A stretch of 64,000 nucleotides of DNA, from the NCBI GenBank assembly GCA_002189035.1, contig NEEC01000014.1, positions 1,922,001 to 1,986,000 of the forward strand, written 5' to 3'. Each line of letters begins with the position of its first letter. The stretch's first letter is position 1. The notes beneath the pieces are model-generated. The model did no database searches. It was not told where the DNA came from and saw nothing but the letters and a program-made list of their open reading frames with translations. Made by a program: the position numbers and the translations under genes. Positions 38,934-53,300 of the stretch are shown here, one piece after another. This DNA comes from Utricularia gibba (taxonomy: Eukaryota; Plantae; Magnoliophyta).

Positions 38934-39215
38934 CAGCAGCATGTGGATTTCCTATTTCACCTGCACTTGTATTCATCAAGAATCAATGCAACTACAATAA
39001 ATCAACGTCATATGAACTTGGAAGTTGCTCCAGAAGCATTAATAAGATACGAACACGCTGAAGGAGGACCTGAATGTGTAGCTCCAATGATTTCATTCAC
39101 ATGAAGCAAAAGATCACAGCAGTTACAATGACGTTGGGGAGAAGCTTCATCCACATGATTTTTGTTTTGTTTTCCAAAGGCTAAGAAGCACAAATATCAA
39201 GCCTGAAGAAGGATC

Positions 39216-41008
39216 TTACCAATAGTCATTGCAAGAGCATTTTCCATCCTTGAAGTGATGGAATCTTTTGTTGTCTCTAACAATCAGTTCTCTGCCAACT
39301 ATTCTGGACATGATCTTTATGGCATTGTGACAATCACCACATATACGTAAATTTTTAATGATCCGTAGGGGTGTTCTAGCTGGAGTGCTAATGAGACCAT
39401 AAGCAATTGCCAAACGCTCACTGTGGTACAGCAGTGCTTGTTCCTTTGCTTCCTGATCAATGTCATGAAGGACATACCTTGTGTCAGGTACATAAGCTTG
39501 TTCTTTCTTGGCAGCTCTTATCTTCTCTTCATCTTTGTAAAGAGTAAGATTGCGGAACTCTGGTATCCTGTTCCTCCCCACGAGCATATTTATAGCAGTC
39601 TGTTTCCTGGGAGGAGGCGTGGGAATCTTATTAGCCACAGACTTAGAAGAGTCAATACCGACCATTAACTCTTCACAACGATCCTCAAGATCAATATCTC
39701 CATGAATGCGAGCATAGTTCATCATAGCCTCCCACATGACAGCTGGTGGCTGAAATGGGAGATCTTCAATGTATGAAAAGGCCTCATCAAGATGCCCTGA
39801 CTTTGCTAGGACACCTAAAAGTCCCAAATAATGCTCAACACCAGGTTGAATCCCATAATCATTCTTCATTGATTCAAAATGTAGAAAGCCCTCTTCAATA
39901 GCATCAGCATTAGCACAAGCTTCTAAAACAGCAAGAAAAGTCTGCTCATTCGGCATTAAACCCACAGTTCTCATGTGTTCAAACAACGCTAATCCATCGT
40001 CCCCCAATCCATTTGTGGCATACCCATAAATCATCAAATGCCAGGAATCCATATTTCTTTCAAGCATATGATCGAAAACTCTGCGAGCATCTGTCATACT
40101 TCCGCACTTCGAGTACATCTCCAGCACCTTGTTATTCAGCAGTAAATTAGTCCTGAACGTCGATCTCAAGAAATAGTCGTGCACTTTCTTAGCATCCTCA
40201 AATTTCTTTGAATTTCCGCAAAGCTGAAAAAGCAAATCAAAGCACTCCGAGTTTGCACGCTCACCCTTATCCATGTATTCAATCACCTCTTTCACCTTAC
40301 CCTCCTGGCACAATCTCAGTAAATCAACAGCATTGGGAGGCGCACCAGCACTTTGAACTTGATTATTCACATCAACTCCCTTGTTTTGAACTTGGTAGTT
40401 CCCAACGGACGCATCATGTGACATGCCCAGGTTCGAATTCACCGGTTGAGTCTTACCCGAAAACGCATTCTGATAATTATCGCCCCTTCGTTGATCTAAA
40501 CCAACACTAGGATAATTTTGGCCATGATTCCGATTACTCCGAAAGGACTGGCTCTGACCACCTCGTTGGGGAGGATAACTTGTATCCACATTCGGTGTTT
40601 GATTGTTTGCATAACCTTGATATTGACTCTGACGCGGAATACCAACATTTCCCCAGAAGTGGGGAAACTACCATTCGGATGATACCCCTCTCTTTGAAAA
40701 TTAGGGTTTGTCCCTCCTTGCATGGCGTTACCTTGCCCAGAAATTGAAGTCCCCGGATTCATCCAACCGCTGTTTTGGCTCTCATTGTTCCAATGTGTCC
40801 ACTGATCACCAGGTCTCTGACTCGATCCTAACGAAGAATTTGAAGGCTGAGAATTCACTCCCCGGAAACTGTCGGGAAACGCGGAGGCCGACAGAGCTCT
40901 GAAAGCAGTGCAAGAATGAACCCGGCTCAGTGTTTTGCTTACTGAATTGAAATTGATACCACGTGCCGAAAATTGAGGTCTCATGATACGTGAAAGCGGA
41001 GACGCCAT
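39216..41008 (-). CDS. DYW2: DYW-class PPR protein, DYW2-like; apparent 1-nt frameshift at about 40651-40664
   Basis: ORFs 41008-40496 and 40589-39216 fuse into a 597-aa protein if one base is restored. It has an organellar targeting peptide, a Q/N/G-rich stretch, a few PPR motifs and an intact deaminase domain HSERLA...CGDCH...CSCNDYW*. Confidence 0.88.
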
Positions 41009-41969
41009 TGTTTTCTCTTTGGAAAGCTAAACCTGATACCTTCAGAACCAACGAACCAGACCTAGCTCCAGAGATAACAGTCAACAGCACCTACGCCAGA
41101 CGTAAATCCAGACGAAGATTCAAAAGAAAGCCCATATTTAATGACCTAAGCCCAATTGAAGACCTGGTCCAGGTTCCATAGCACACCCAAAACACCCAAA
41201 TCAGACAAGATTCAGGAATGAGGTTATATCCAGCATGCCCAAACGTTGATCCAGATGAAGCCCAATTTTCGGCAGATCGAAGAACCCCATATCCTTCATT
41301 CGCGATCATCGGCGCCCGGGATTCAGTTCCGATCACTCTTTCTCGCCTGGTGCAGGGAACTCCGGCGACAACGACGAATTCCGACATACTTATTCTCGTT
41401 TCAATTCACAGAGGCTATCTAAATAAAAACAGGTGAGATCTGAATATCTGAACCTTCTAAAGCAGAAAAGGAATGCCACAAACCTCTTCGATATGCAGAA
41501 CTGTATTAGTGGCAGAGTAAAACGCAGGGATGATGAAATATTCACAGCTACATTATATCACTCAGCTCGCTGCCCTTTACAACAATCACAATTTCAAGCA
41601 TAATTATATGCAAGAGAAGATGCGTCTGTGCTAAAGTTTTGAGACATACGCATGTACAAAATGAGGAGATGGGGCCATCAACAGCCCCAAACTCAGAAGA
41701 GCTTCTAGGATATTTACAACTGGCTTCTTGATCCCACCCACCAATCTGTATATATACAACATTGGAACACCTGAAATGCAGAAACTTGATGTAGCATCCT
41801 TTCAATTTTGATAGAAACATTGGATGTGCTCCAACCGTGAAAGGCGAATTCATTACCTGAAACTAGGCAGAGACATTCACCGTGTTTTCTCTGAGCAATT
41901 GATGGCAGATGTGCGTGCGGTGCTTTGGTTCTGTCTCACGGGTTGGCTTCTATCAATCAAAAACTAAGT

Positions 41970-44900
41970 CTATCTACTGCATGGATTCGTTGGAAGAGGG
42001 GCTACCCAAGTATTTTTCCATTGATTCTCTCATGTGCTCAGGATCGAGACTGCCATACAGAGTAACCGCTGTGAAATGGAACTGAAGTAGGAAAAGAATG
42101 GAGATGAAAGTAATACTGAATAGAGATTAGCGGACCTATTTCTGAAGCCCAGAAGAGCACAATGTACAGCACGTGCTGCAGCAGAAGCTGGGGCAACTGC
42201 GGCAGCAGGAGCAGATTGCACAGCGGTCACCAAAGTACATCCAACGCCGGCACCACGCTGGTATTTTTTTATGGGAGTCTGAACCAAAGCAGAAGCTGTT
42301 TTACCAAGACCATCAGTGATGCTCTGGCAAGCCTACCAATAAAACAGCAGTCATTTCAAACTCAAATAGCCGCAGGAAAGTCTTTGAAAGCTGCGTGAGT
42401 GTATGTATAGTAGTGATGGATAAAAGCATGATAATAAGCTATGACGAGAAGGAGTCGAAAGAATAACCTGTTGAATTCCCTGTTGAGCATCACTGGGTTG
42501 ATTAATTTTCACACTTGCAGCAGCCTTGCTTTCAATCTGCCATGGCGCAGAGGGTGGAATATTGGCAAGGAGATACTCAGCTTGAAGGAGGATATTATGA
42601 GCTCCTGCTGCCAAATGTACTCCAAGCTCGATTGCTTCAATAGAAATACTTCTAAGGAATGCAAATGTACCTGTACCAATAACAGTGACCAGGATATGGT
42701 TTTCAGCGTAGAAAGAGAAGAAGACTGTTACCATATTCAACTTGTTCAGAATGTGCAATATAAATAGCAACAGAAATTGATGATAAAACAGCGTTAGACC
42801 GAATTAGAGAATTCTGAGCATATTTCATTAAATCTCTCAACCCAAAGATAGCTTTGGGGGTAAGCGATCATTTTCACTAATTTCAGAAGGAAACCCACCT
42901 GATGCTACTGTTCAATAATTCGTTGTGCTAATTTACATCCACATACTCAGCAAAAATAAGCAACAAGCACGAAAAATGAGCAAAAGCAGAGCTACAGGAC
43001 CTAATATGTAAGTGGATGGAGTATAGCAGTGAGATCCGTATATAGGATGAGAACTCAAAGATAATCTAATAAATGAAACATGCTGCCTGCACCAGTGTAC
43101 CTCGCTGCATCCCCCTGAGCAAACCATGATCCTCTTTATAACCCTTCACAGGCAAAGACACCAGTTTTGCGGCTCCAGAACCGACAGAAACTATCGATTT
43201 GATGGGTGGAAGACCTTTCAACAATTTGTGGATCTGCATATGGAGGACATGATCAGACCTAGTGCATGCAAGAACAAGAACTTCAGACATGAGGGTCACA
43301 GCAGATGGTATTGCACCTGATTTTGGGATATGTCTTCTAACCATTCCCCCAATATCGTTTCCAAAACACTGTTCAAACCATAGTGACCAACCCCTTGGAC
43401 CCGTTTAAGGTGTAATTCCACACCCTGTATCACAAAGCATCATAAACTATGGTTATTAGTTAATTTAGTATGGCCCAATTGGAACCAGTTTTTTAAAGAG
43501 ACAAAAAACCTTGTATGATTAGACTCGAATATATATTTACCTTCCAGGGTACAAGATTAACTAGTTCAACATACTTGCCACCTCTAAGTGCACTTAAGTC
43601 AACACGAGATGGATGGTAATCAACTCGAATCGTGAATGGCAGAATATCAAATTTCTGTAAGGAAACAAAGAAATGTGAGCAAAATATAGATACGCTTGAC
43701 TAAAATGTTCTGTTTGTGTAGCACAACAAATAACTAAAACCAAAACTCCGCCTTTCCTGGAAATAAGGCAGGAATGCCTCTTTGTTGATGGTAGCAGTTT
43801 GAATGCTGTCAGTCTCCTGAAATGGTTCAGCTGAATTACAAAGACCCATGGTTTTAGCTTCATAAGTCTCAGCAGACAAATTGTTTTCTCCGAAAAAGCC
43901 AATGAGAAAATCAAGTTGGCTTTGGTGGAGATGAAGCCGCATTGGAAGTAAACTAATGCATAATCTGGTAAGAAAAAGCAGAAAATAAGAAAAATATGGG
44001 CCACAGATGAATAAAAGAGAAATACAGCTGATACGAGAAAACATAAAATCAATACAAATACAGGAGCAATTAAAGAAGATGAACACTGTTTCTGGGATCT
44101 GGCTGATGAAAAAGAAAACCATGTATGGCATCATGCAGACACTGCTTAAAGTCCAAGGAATGTATACTTAGTGCAGGCGTTAAAAATATTTGAGGAAATT
44201 GGAAACCCATATTTGGATGCCAGTGGATTGATTGCAGACTAAAATTCTCACACCCCATCCAAGAGCTTGCCTCATGGAAGGTGTAGATGAATCAGCTGAT
44301 GTCTTAAACTGAACCTCCAACTTTCTCATATCCTTATAAAATCCAGCCAACCCATATGTCCCAACCAGAAAAATCAGGAAACATCATGCAAACTGACAGA
44401 AGTTGGGCAGCAATAGACTTGCTCATGAGGAAAGAAAAAGCATACCTGTTTTCTTCTACACGAATTGAAGGGTTTGGCCGAACCGTTTCCAAATTTATCT
44501 TCAAAGCATCAGAAGCGAATTTTCTTGGATGCTTTTTTGATCGGTAATACCCAAGCACCTTGATCAAGAAAATTATGCCACATGATACCAAAAAAGATTT
44601 TATTTTGTACTAGATAATTAAAATGAAATAGAAATTTCGCATTTACCAGTTTCCATGGAGCATTAACACTTCTGTCATTGAGGCACACATCCTGAATGGT
44701 AAGACAAAGCTCAGATGAGCATATTCCACCATAAGGGTAAACCACATACCCTACCCCTATTCCAGATAATGCAAGCTCCAAACAAAGAGTAGAATCTCGT
44801 GCACGATTCCTAGTGGATTCAAGAGCAGCATTCTGAATATTTGGCCAATCTGAACCACCATGCAATTCCCATACAACATTCAAGTTTTTAAAAATAATGG

Positions 44901-47900
44901 AGCCTTCAGCGTTATCAACGTCACTTCTAGAACCCTCAGAGTTCAAAGATTTCAACATTCTAGACTGCTCAACTTTGGAAGTGTGATTTTCTAGTATGTT
45001 TAAAGACCTATCAACATACCACCTAGCACTTCCTGTTTGATCCTCACTAATATCACAATTGCAGTTTTCAGAAATCTCATGCTGTGAACCAAGTTGGGGG
45101 AGAGGATGGAAATCAGCCGAGAAATATTCTTCTATAAAGTCGGAGATATTTTCATCTCCTGATAAAGACCTGTATGCTGATACAGGAGAATCATCAACAG
45201 AAGACGCAGAAGTATGCGATTCACATTTTCTTCCATGAAAATCTGAACTCTGATTGAGATTAAAGGTGTCATCACATACTGCATCCATCAAATTGATGCC
45301 CTTCAATCTTTTGTCCATTCCTGAAGTTTCCAATTGACAGGGCATTGGTGCAAACCCACCAATTGATGAGTCATTGTTATTCTCATGCTGATGTTGTACG
45401 TTATTCCATCTATTTTCCAAGTGTACAACATAATCTTCCATATCAGGAGCAAAGAGCACTTGTAGTTGAGTGGACAGTCTTATTAACCCTAAAGTTGTAT
45501 CGTGACACGTATTCAAAATAATATGTGACTCTGCACATTCTACCTCCCATGAATGGCCGTTTGCACAGTTCATCCTAAAAACTAATTCAAGAAGCGCCTC
45601 TTGACCAACTTTCACATACCCAATCTTTCTGAGATATGCGGCACTGTAAACATTGCTAAACTTTCGTTCAGAGGCTTTGGAAATCAGGAAGCCTATATCC
45701 TGCACTCTAATTTTGCATTCCGTTTCCTTGCAGTTAATGGCAGATGTACTTAAAAGTTTCAATGAAGATGCAGCCAACAGGCAGGCAACAAAGGGCTCAG
45801 CCTTGCATTCATTTTTGTTCAGACCAGCTTGTTTGAGTTCTGAACCTTGATAGTCATTCAAGAATTCAGTGCAAGGCTCATAAGTCAATCCAACATCAAT
45901 CATTGTAAAAGAAACAGAGGACCCAGGAGTCTTATCCATACCAATATCATTAGTGCTTTTAGAATTAGATGACTGAAAAGTGAAAAAGGATGAAATTGTT
46001 ACAAACCAATCCAAACGACCTCCAACTGCAACAATAGTGGCACATTTGACTGTAACTGATGTAAAACTATGATTTGTAACAGGATCCCACATATTTAATA
46101 TGACGGAACCTGCATGCCTAGGAGATAAAACATTCAAACCTTCTCCATCACCACGACCACTCACAGAGTTACTGCAGGATATCAGAAGGAACTCCTGATC
46201 ATGACATTCACTGGTAGAGCCCCGCAAACTTCCCTGATGATGGGCTATGTGCAGGAATTTAGTGTCCTCTATGCCACCAATACTAGACACTGAAAGTATT
46301 TCAAACTTATCGACTTGAAGAGTTAGATGAACCCAGGAACCAGGAAGCTCCGAGAACAGGGCAACCTTAACTTCCTTCGTTGGCTCAGTGGCTAATGAAA
46401 ACATCAACGAATCAAGTTCCACCAATAATGAAGTTTGAACAGGAGTCCTTCCCTTATGTTTGACAGATTCATATTCGGAATCAGAAGAGAAACGCTGAAG
46501 CAACTGGTCTAGAAGACTGCACAGGCTCACATATTGACATCTGTCTAGATTGATGTAAACAGCAGGCAACTGCACATGAAACAACAGCTCAGAGCTCAGT
46601 AATATCTCTTGTTTCGTCTGGTGATCAAAATCTTTGTTATCCTGAAGACTGACAACTGATGCAAATTCACTGCTTTTGTCTGCAACACCACTTTCACTTC
46701 TGTTATCTCCTGAAACCAAATTTTTTGCCTTTTTTGCAACCCAAGGGCCAGTTGCGGGACGCCCCTGCCAAAAGACACTAACCAGAGAGAGATTACCAGT
46801 TTCATTAACAATGGAAACAATTTGCTCAATGGAGAATCTAACTTCCTGCCTTCCACATGGTTCAGGTTCGTTCCCAGTGGTCTCTTCAGAAATGGATTGC
46901 AGAAAAAACAGATAGAAATCACTAAAACTCACATCAAGAAAACAGGGAGTGGTGACAGGATGTCTCCTCTTGGCACCAGCAAGTGTTTTCCTAATATCCT
47001 CCCCTCTAGTCTTAGTTGAAGTAATATCGAAGACAATAAAATGGTCGAATGACAAATAGCTGCATGATGCTTTTTTATTCTCTAAAGGGAAACAGAAAAT
47101 TATCCTAGCATTCGGCAGAAAAACATTACCCTCTAGAGGATTATTGGTTGTTAAGCAACTTGACCTTTGACATGAGGATTTCGAACGCTCATCAACGTGT
47201 GAGAATCCATCAATTTTGGCTTCATCATCCACCTGGTAACCCACTTCCCTCTTATCAAAGTCATTTGCTGTGCCTTTCAAATAATCTTGGACTAAACTGA
47301 TCACATCAAAATTCACCCAACAAGCAAATGGTGCAAAAATCAGAGAAAACGATGTTCGTCCATTTATGGATCCAGACAAATTACTGGAATTCATCTTGAA
47401 ATTGCAGTGGGTATCACCAAAAGTTTTGAGTAAATTTATGCTGCTATCATATGAGTTATCTTCGATTTGAGGGAACTTGCTACTGCTCTGGAAGTTCATG
47501 TCAGCGTAATCTGTTGGATGATAAGAACCCATATTTTTCTTGGAGCCCTTAAAATTGTTAAAAGTTGACTGAATACCATCTTGTACTTTTCGCAGAGAGG
47601 TGATCACGTTTCTAATATTTTCAGTGATACCATGCTGGATATCAACCAAATCTTTTTTTGGATATAAATGGTCGTCAATTTGCACATGTTGCACAGTTGC
47701 TTCCAAATCCATCTCTTGCGCACAAACCTGTGTATCTTAGTGATATTCTCATATTAGTCCGAGTGCACAAAATGGCGCTATATATCAATATATCATGCTA
47801 TACTGACATTCTCCAGCAGACATACGTACCTGACATGAGACAGATACGCCCACGAAATGGGCACATAAACAATGTAGGTGGGAACCATTACACGTCTTAT

Positions 47901-49888
47901 CTTCTTTCGCACTTCTGCAGTCTCCTTGATCTTCATCACTGAAGAACAAAAAGAGAGAAACTTTGGCTATGACAGCATTGAATTTGGTTTCACCATGCTG
48001 CTGCTCTGCACCATAAATGAGTAGAGAGGACTAGAGTTTGCATACCACATATCTTAAGTAGACAAGGACACAAAACAATTACGAATACAAATTTATATAA
48101 TACGAAGTAAAAACTGGAAAAATGAATACAGAAACATACAGGAAAAAGACATACCTGAGGGTACATTAATAGATCCAGTGGCAAGATTGGATGCAACAGT
48201 TATTGCGCTAAACACAGAACACGTCCAGTTCCACATAATGCTATTTGCTAATGCTGATTGTGAACTCCTAAGCCCATCAAAGCACTCAAAAAATTGGTCC
48301 ACACTGCCACAAGAACATTAAGCAAGATGAAATTATGCAAATGCATTTCAATTGACAATAAAAGAAGGCTGAATTAACAAATATAAGATTACAAGTTAAA
48401 AAACGAAAGGTCATAGTTTCATGACTGTGATCTTAAAAACAAATGATCCCGGTGACAGCAGTTTCCAGGAGATATACAGTACAACATACATATAAAAAGA
48501 CACCAACCTTGCCATAAAGTCTGGTTCTTCTTCAATTCTATCTTCCTCGATTTTATTCACCCAATCAGATATAAGGCGCGATTCAGATAAAAGAAGACTA
48601 AATGATTCTTTTGGCATAATGTTTGAGTTGGCAAGGCCCTCATTGCTCATAAGACCCTTGTTAGAAAGATGCATGCAAGAGAGAGAAGTGGTAGAATTAT
48701 GCAATGGTACAGCATAAGCTTGGTCTTTGCTCTTGTCACCCACACACATGTTCCTGATGAAGATAAAAGATCTTAACGTGCTAGGTTTGATACATAATTG
48801 AATAGGGTCAATTTGAAGATCAGCGTCAACTTTGTTTATGTCTAATGAGCCATCTTTCCAAGGCAAACTCAACTTGATGCTCCCAGAAAACCCCCCTTTT
48901 TCTCCTGAAATAACACTAGTCATGTTACCAAAAGAACAGTATCTTCGAAATAAGTTTTCATCTGGAGTTCCAGTGGATGAATCATGAGAAGAAAGATCTT
49001 CAGGGCCGTCTAGAAGAACCAACTCGAGAACAGCTCCCTGAAAGCTCATAAAGTTTGTAAGCTGAGCTAAACCAAGGACATTAGGCACTATGTTAAGGCC
49101 ACGGGATGAAGCAGAATCGGAAATCTGTGTTCCACATTCCACTTCACTGACTCGCAGCACCAACATTCTGTCATGCCCTTTTTTATTTCCACCCTCAAGA
49201 ATTGGATCAAATGCCACGATTAGTCTCCTGATTTTGACATGAAAACTGGTTAATAGCCATTTCACTAATCTAGCAATTGTTTTAACACCCTCATGAACTT
49301 CAACTGAAGTATTTGCGACATGGCTACTGAAAGCTCCTGAGCCTGGTTTCTCGACTTCATGACTATTTACAGTCTCAGTAATGTTGCTGCACGGGCATGT
49401 TTCGACTCCTTGAGAGTGAACTGTTGATCTCCTAGGAGCAAGAACAACCTCAATATCATCTATGTCAATTCGGCAACCTCCCTCCTTCCAAGGCATGGTT
49501 ACCTTGAGCGACCCAATGGTGCCCTCTTTCACCATAACTGCCGCTGTTCCAAACTGAAAAGTAGCTTAAGTTAGTAGAGTGAATGCAGACTAAAGCCATC
49601 GGAAACAGAAGTGTTGGACATCATATGCTCATAAAAAAATCAGAAAAAAGGGGGCGCGGCGTGGAACTCCCAGTAGCAGCTTACCTTCTCGTTTATGCAA
49701 TCAACATTCAACGCAACGTCAGAAAGCTGAATTATTCCAGCTCCCAGTTGAACATCAAGCTGATTAAGATCAATATCACCCAATATAAACTTGCCCAGCT
49801 TCTTCTTCAACAGAAAATGACAAAGTCGCTTCATCGCCCACCGAGAGAACATCTTCTCGGCGGACCTGGAGATGTTCCAGGAAAACAT
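41970..49888 (-). CDS. ATG2: Autophagy-related protein 2 (multi-exon)
   Basis: N-terminus [48 protein letters not shown] (chorein-N type). Large exons are seen as ORFs 48411-49535 and 44509-47712. C-terminal exons encode [38 protein letters not shown] and [28 protein letters not shown], with the stop at 41970-41972. Confidence 0.94.
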
Positions 49889-50159
49889 CTCGTCACAGAA
49901 CCGTTTTCACCCTGGGGAACTAGGGCTTATGAATCTCGTAAGGCTCCATCCAAGAGAAAACAGGGGAAAGGAAACAATATTTCACGGATTCGATTTCCAG
50001 GAGCTGTTGTAACTTGTTAACAGCGTAGTCTCCCAGGAGTCCTCGGAATTCGGATTTCCCCGGAGCCGTGGTTTGGATTGGACACGAAAGCAATGATTCG
50101 CATACGAATAATTAAACCAGTGTTATTAGGTTATTGCATGCATAATTACGTAATTAACT

Positions 50160-50230
50160 GTTAATTGGGCTTGCTGTCCTATTTTCAGAAAAAGCCCATA
50201 AAGCCACGTCACAGAAGAAGCCCAGCCACC
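50160..50230. promoter_or_regulatory. Site II (TGGGCY) cluster in the ATG2/PreP divergent promoter
   Basis: TGGGCT at about 50166 and AGCCCA at about 50193 and 50219, between head-to-head ATGs at 49888 and 50342. Confidence 0.5.
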
Positions 50231-50341
50231 ACATAAAATCAGTCTGATCCGAATATAAGCCACAACTTAGTGAGATCATTAACGTTCACGTTTCCCCTCC
50301 TCCAAGTCCCAGCTTCCTCCGCCGTTGGACTTGGAGTTGCA

Positions 50342-53300
50342 ATGGAGAGAGCGGTGTTTCTTCGCTCACTCGACGCCACCAGATTGTTCTCCCGCTCGGC
50401 TCGCGGCGTCGCTCGCCTGCAGAAGGGGAGTCGTTTGGTTCGTGGTTTTCGCCGGAGCTTGATCCACCGTCGGCATTTCGGTGTCTTATCATCACTTGCG
50501 CATCCCAGCCTTGGCGCGAGAAGTCATAATCATGATTTTTCTGTGACCGCGACCTCTGCACTCCAGTCTTCTCCTGGTAAATTGAGTTCTCGAGCTTTTC
50601 GAACGGAGTTTGTGAAGATCCTGAAATATTGTTGTGAATTATCCAGAGGTTACAGGAGCAGAGGATGAGGTGGCGAACCAGCTCGGATTTGAGAAAGTGT
50701 CGGAAGAGTTTATTGAGGACTACAAGTCTAGAGCGGTTTTGTATAAGCACAAGAAAACTGGCGCGGAGATTATGTCAGTTTCAAATGATGATGAGAATAA
50801 AGTCTTTGGCATTGTTTTTCGGACGCCTCCGTAAGCATTTAAATGCTCCATATATCCAATGAATTCAGTTTCCCTATTGGCAATAAGCTATTCTTTCAAG
50901 TAATATATGCACCTATGGAATAAAACTGAGTGGATTACTTGTCTGAGTCATTTTTATGTTTCTTTTACAGAACATTCTTCTATTTGAACGTGCAAGGAGT
51001 CATATAAAGTTTCTCGTTTTTCGTTCAGGAAAGACTCAACTGGTATTCCTCACATTTTGGAGCATAGTGTCTTATGTGGATCAAGAAAGTATCCTCTGAA
51101 GGAGCCGTTCGTTGAATTGCTGAAGGGGAGCTTGCACACATTTTTGAATGCCTTCACGTATCCTGACCGAACTTGTTACCCAGTTGCCTCAACAAATGCA
51201 AAGGTCAGTAGTTCAGACGGATTAAAGACATATAAGTTCTTTAGTATGATCTTTTGATCGTCATCACCTTTTACATATGCAGGATTTCTACAACTTGGTG
51301 GATGTATACTTAGATGCTGTGTTTTTTCCTAAATGTGTGGAAGACATAAAAACATTTCAACAAGAAGGATGGCATTATGAGTTAAATGATGCCTCCGAGG
51401 ACATAACGTACAAAGGTTGGTATTGCCCTCATAGTCTATGACTTCTGCAGCATCTATCCTATGAAAATCTGTTAGAAGTTTTTGCAGATTCGTCACCCTT
51501 TTGTAAGTTCTTCATCTCTAACTAATTAGCTTGTGCTGATTTCACAAGGTGTGGTTTTCAATGAGATGAAAGGCGTCTATTCCCAGCCTGATAGTATATT
51601 GGGCCGGGCTTCTCAGCAGGTAATCGCCATTTTAAGATAGTTTTGTTTTAATTGAGCGTCTGGCTTTGTAAATTATAATTTCAATAAATTCCATGTATCT
51701 CTTTCTTTGAATTTAAATGTTGTAGATTTGTGACTGGAATTGATAATGTTGATTTTAATCATTATATCTTACCTTGGCAGGCAATTTTCCCTGATAATAC
51801 ATATGGTGTAGACAGTGGTGGTGATCCACAAGTTATACCAAAATTGACTTTTGAGGAATTCAAGGTTATCCCGAAACCGTTACGATCAACTTTTTTTCCA
51901 ATGTGAACTGGCACCCCTAGTTATCAGTATTCTTTTTTCGTTTTTCTACATTAACAGGATTTCCATCGCAAATATTATAATCCTAGCAATGCCAGAATTT
52001 GGTTTTATGGAGATGATGACCCAGTTGAATGCCTCCGAATTTTAAGCGGTCTGTATTTCTTACAGTAGTCACAGTTCTTACATATTTTCTTCATCTAAGG
52101 TTTTAATCAATCCTTTGTGCCTATGATATTCAACTGTAATTTCAAGAATTCAAAAACACAAGGAAGTTATTATGATCATAACATTGGCTTTTCACTACTT
52201 TGTTTGATGACCCTTAAATTGGATTTAACTACAAACTACATATATTTTTTATTGAGTTGCCTTTTGCATTACTTTTGAGTTCTCCTATGATCCATGAAAG
52301 GATGTTTTTGGTGCAGAATATCTAAATATGTTTGAATCCAATTCAAACTCCGAGGAGTCAAGAGTACGCCCACAGAAATTGTTTGCTGAACCAGTTAGAA
52401 TTGTTGAGAAATATCCTGCTTCTGAGGGGACTGACTTGAAAAAGAAGCACATGGTTTGTCTAAATTGGCTTCTATCCGAAGCACCTCTAGACTTGGAAAA
52501 TGAACTAGCCCTAGAATTCTTGGATCATTTAATGATGGGAACTCCTGCTTCTCCTCTGAGGAAGATTCTGTTGGAGAGTGGTCTGGGAGAGGCCATTGTT
52601 GGTGGGGAGTTGAAAACGACCTTCTTCAGCCTCAGTTTAGCATTGGATTAAAAGGTGTCTCGGAAGATGATGTTAAAAAAGTAGAAGAATTAATCATAAA
52701 CACTCTGAAGACTCTAGAAGAGGAGGGCTTTACTTCAGAAGCTGTAGAAGCATCAATGAATACAATCGAGTTCTCACTAAGAGAAAATAATACGGGGTCA
52801 TTTCCTCGTGGATTAGCCCTGATGCTTCGATCCATTGTACGCTTCATTGATTTGATTCTTCATTTTTTCTCACAATTTTTACCCTAAAAAACTTGTATTT
52901 CCTTTTTCCCCTTGCAGGGAAAGTGGATCTATGATATGGATCCATTTACGCCATTAAAATATCAAGAACCGTTGAAGGCTTTGAAATCAAGAATAGCAGA
53001 AGAGGGCTCCAAAGCTGTCTTTGGTCCATTGATCGAAAATTTTATTTTGAAAAATCAGCATCTTGTAATCATTGAAATGCAGGTTATATTTCTTATCTGT
53101 TGATGTTTGTTTATGTACTCTTACTGGCCTATTTAAGCTAATCGGTACCATCTTCAGCCTGATCCAGAAAAGGCTGCTCGTGATGAGAAAGAAGAGAAGA
53201 CTACCTTGGAGAAGATAAAGGCTAGCATGACCCAGGAGGATCTTGCCGAATTGGCTCGTGCTACTCAGGAATTGAAGTTGAAGCAAGAGACGCCAGACCC

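Noticed and set aside
41091-41436. GC-rich segment with short ORFs on both strands between DYW2 and ATG2
   Set aside because: No recognisable domain in any frame; best explained as the DYW2 promoter/leader or the ATG2 3'UTR.
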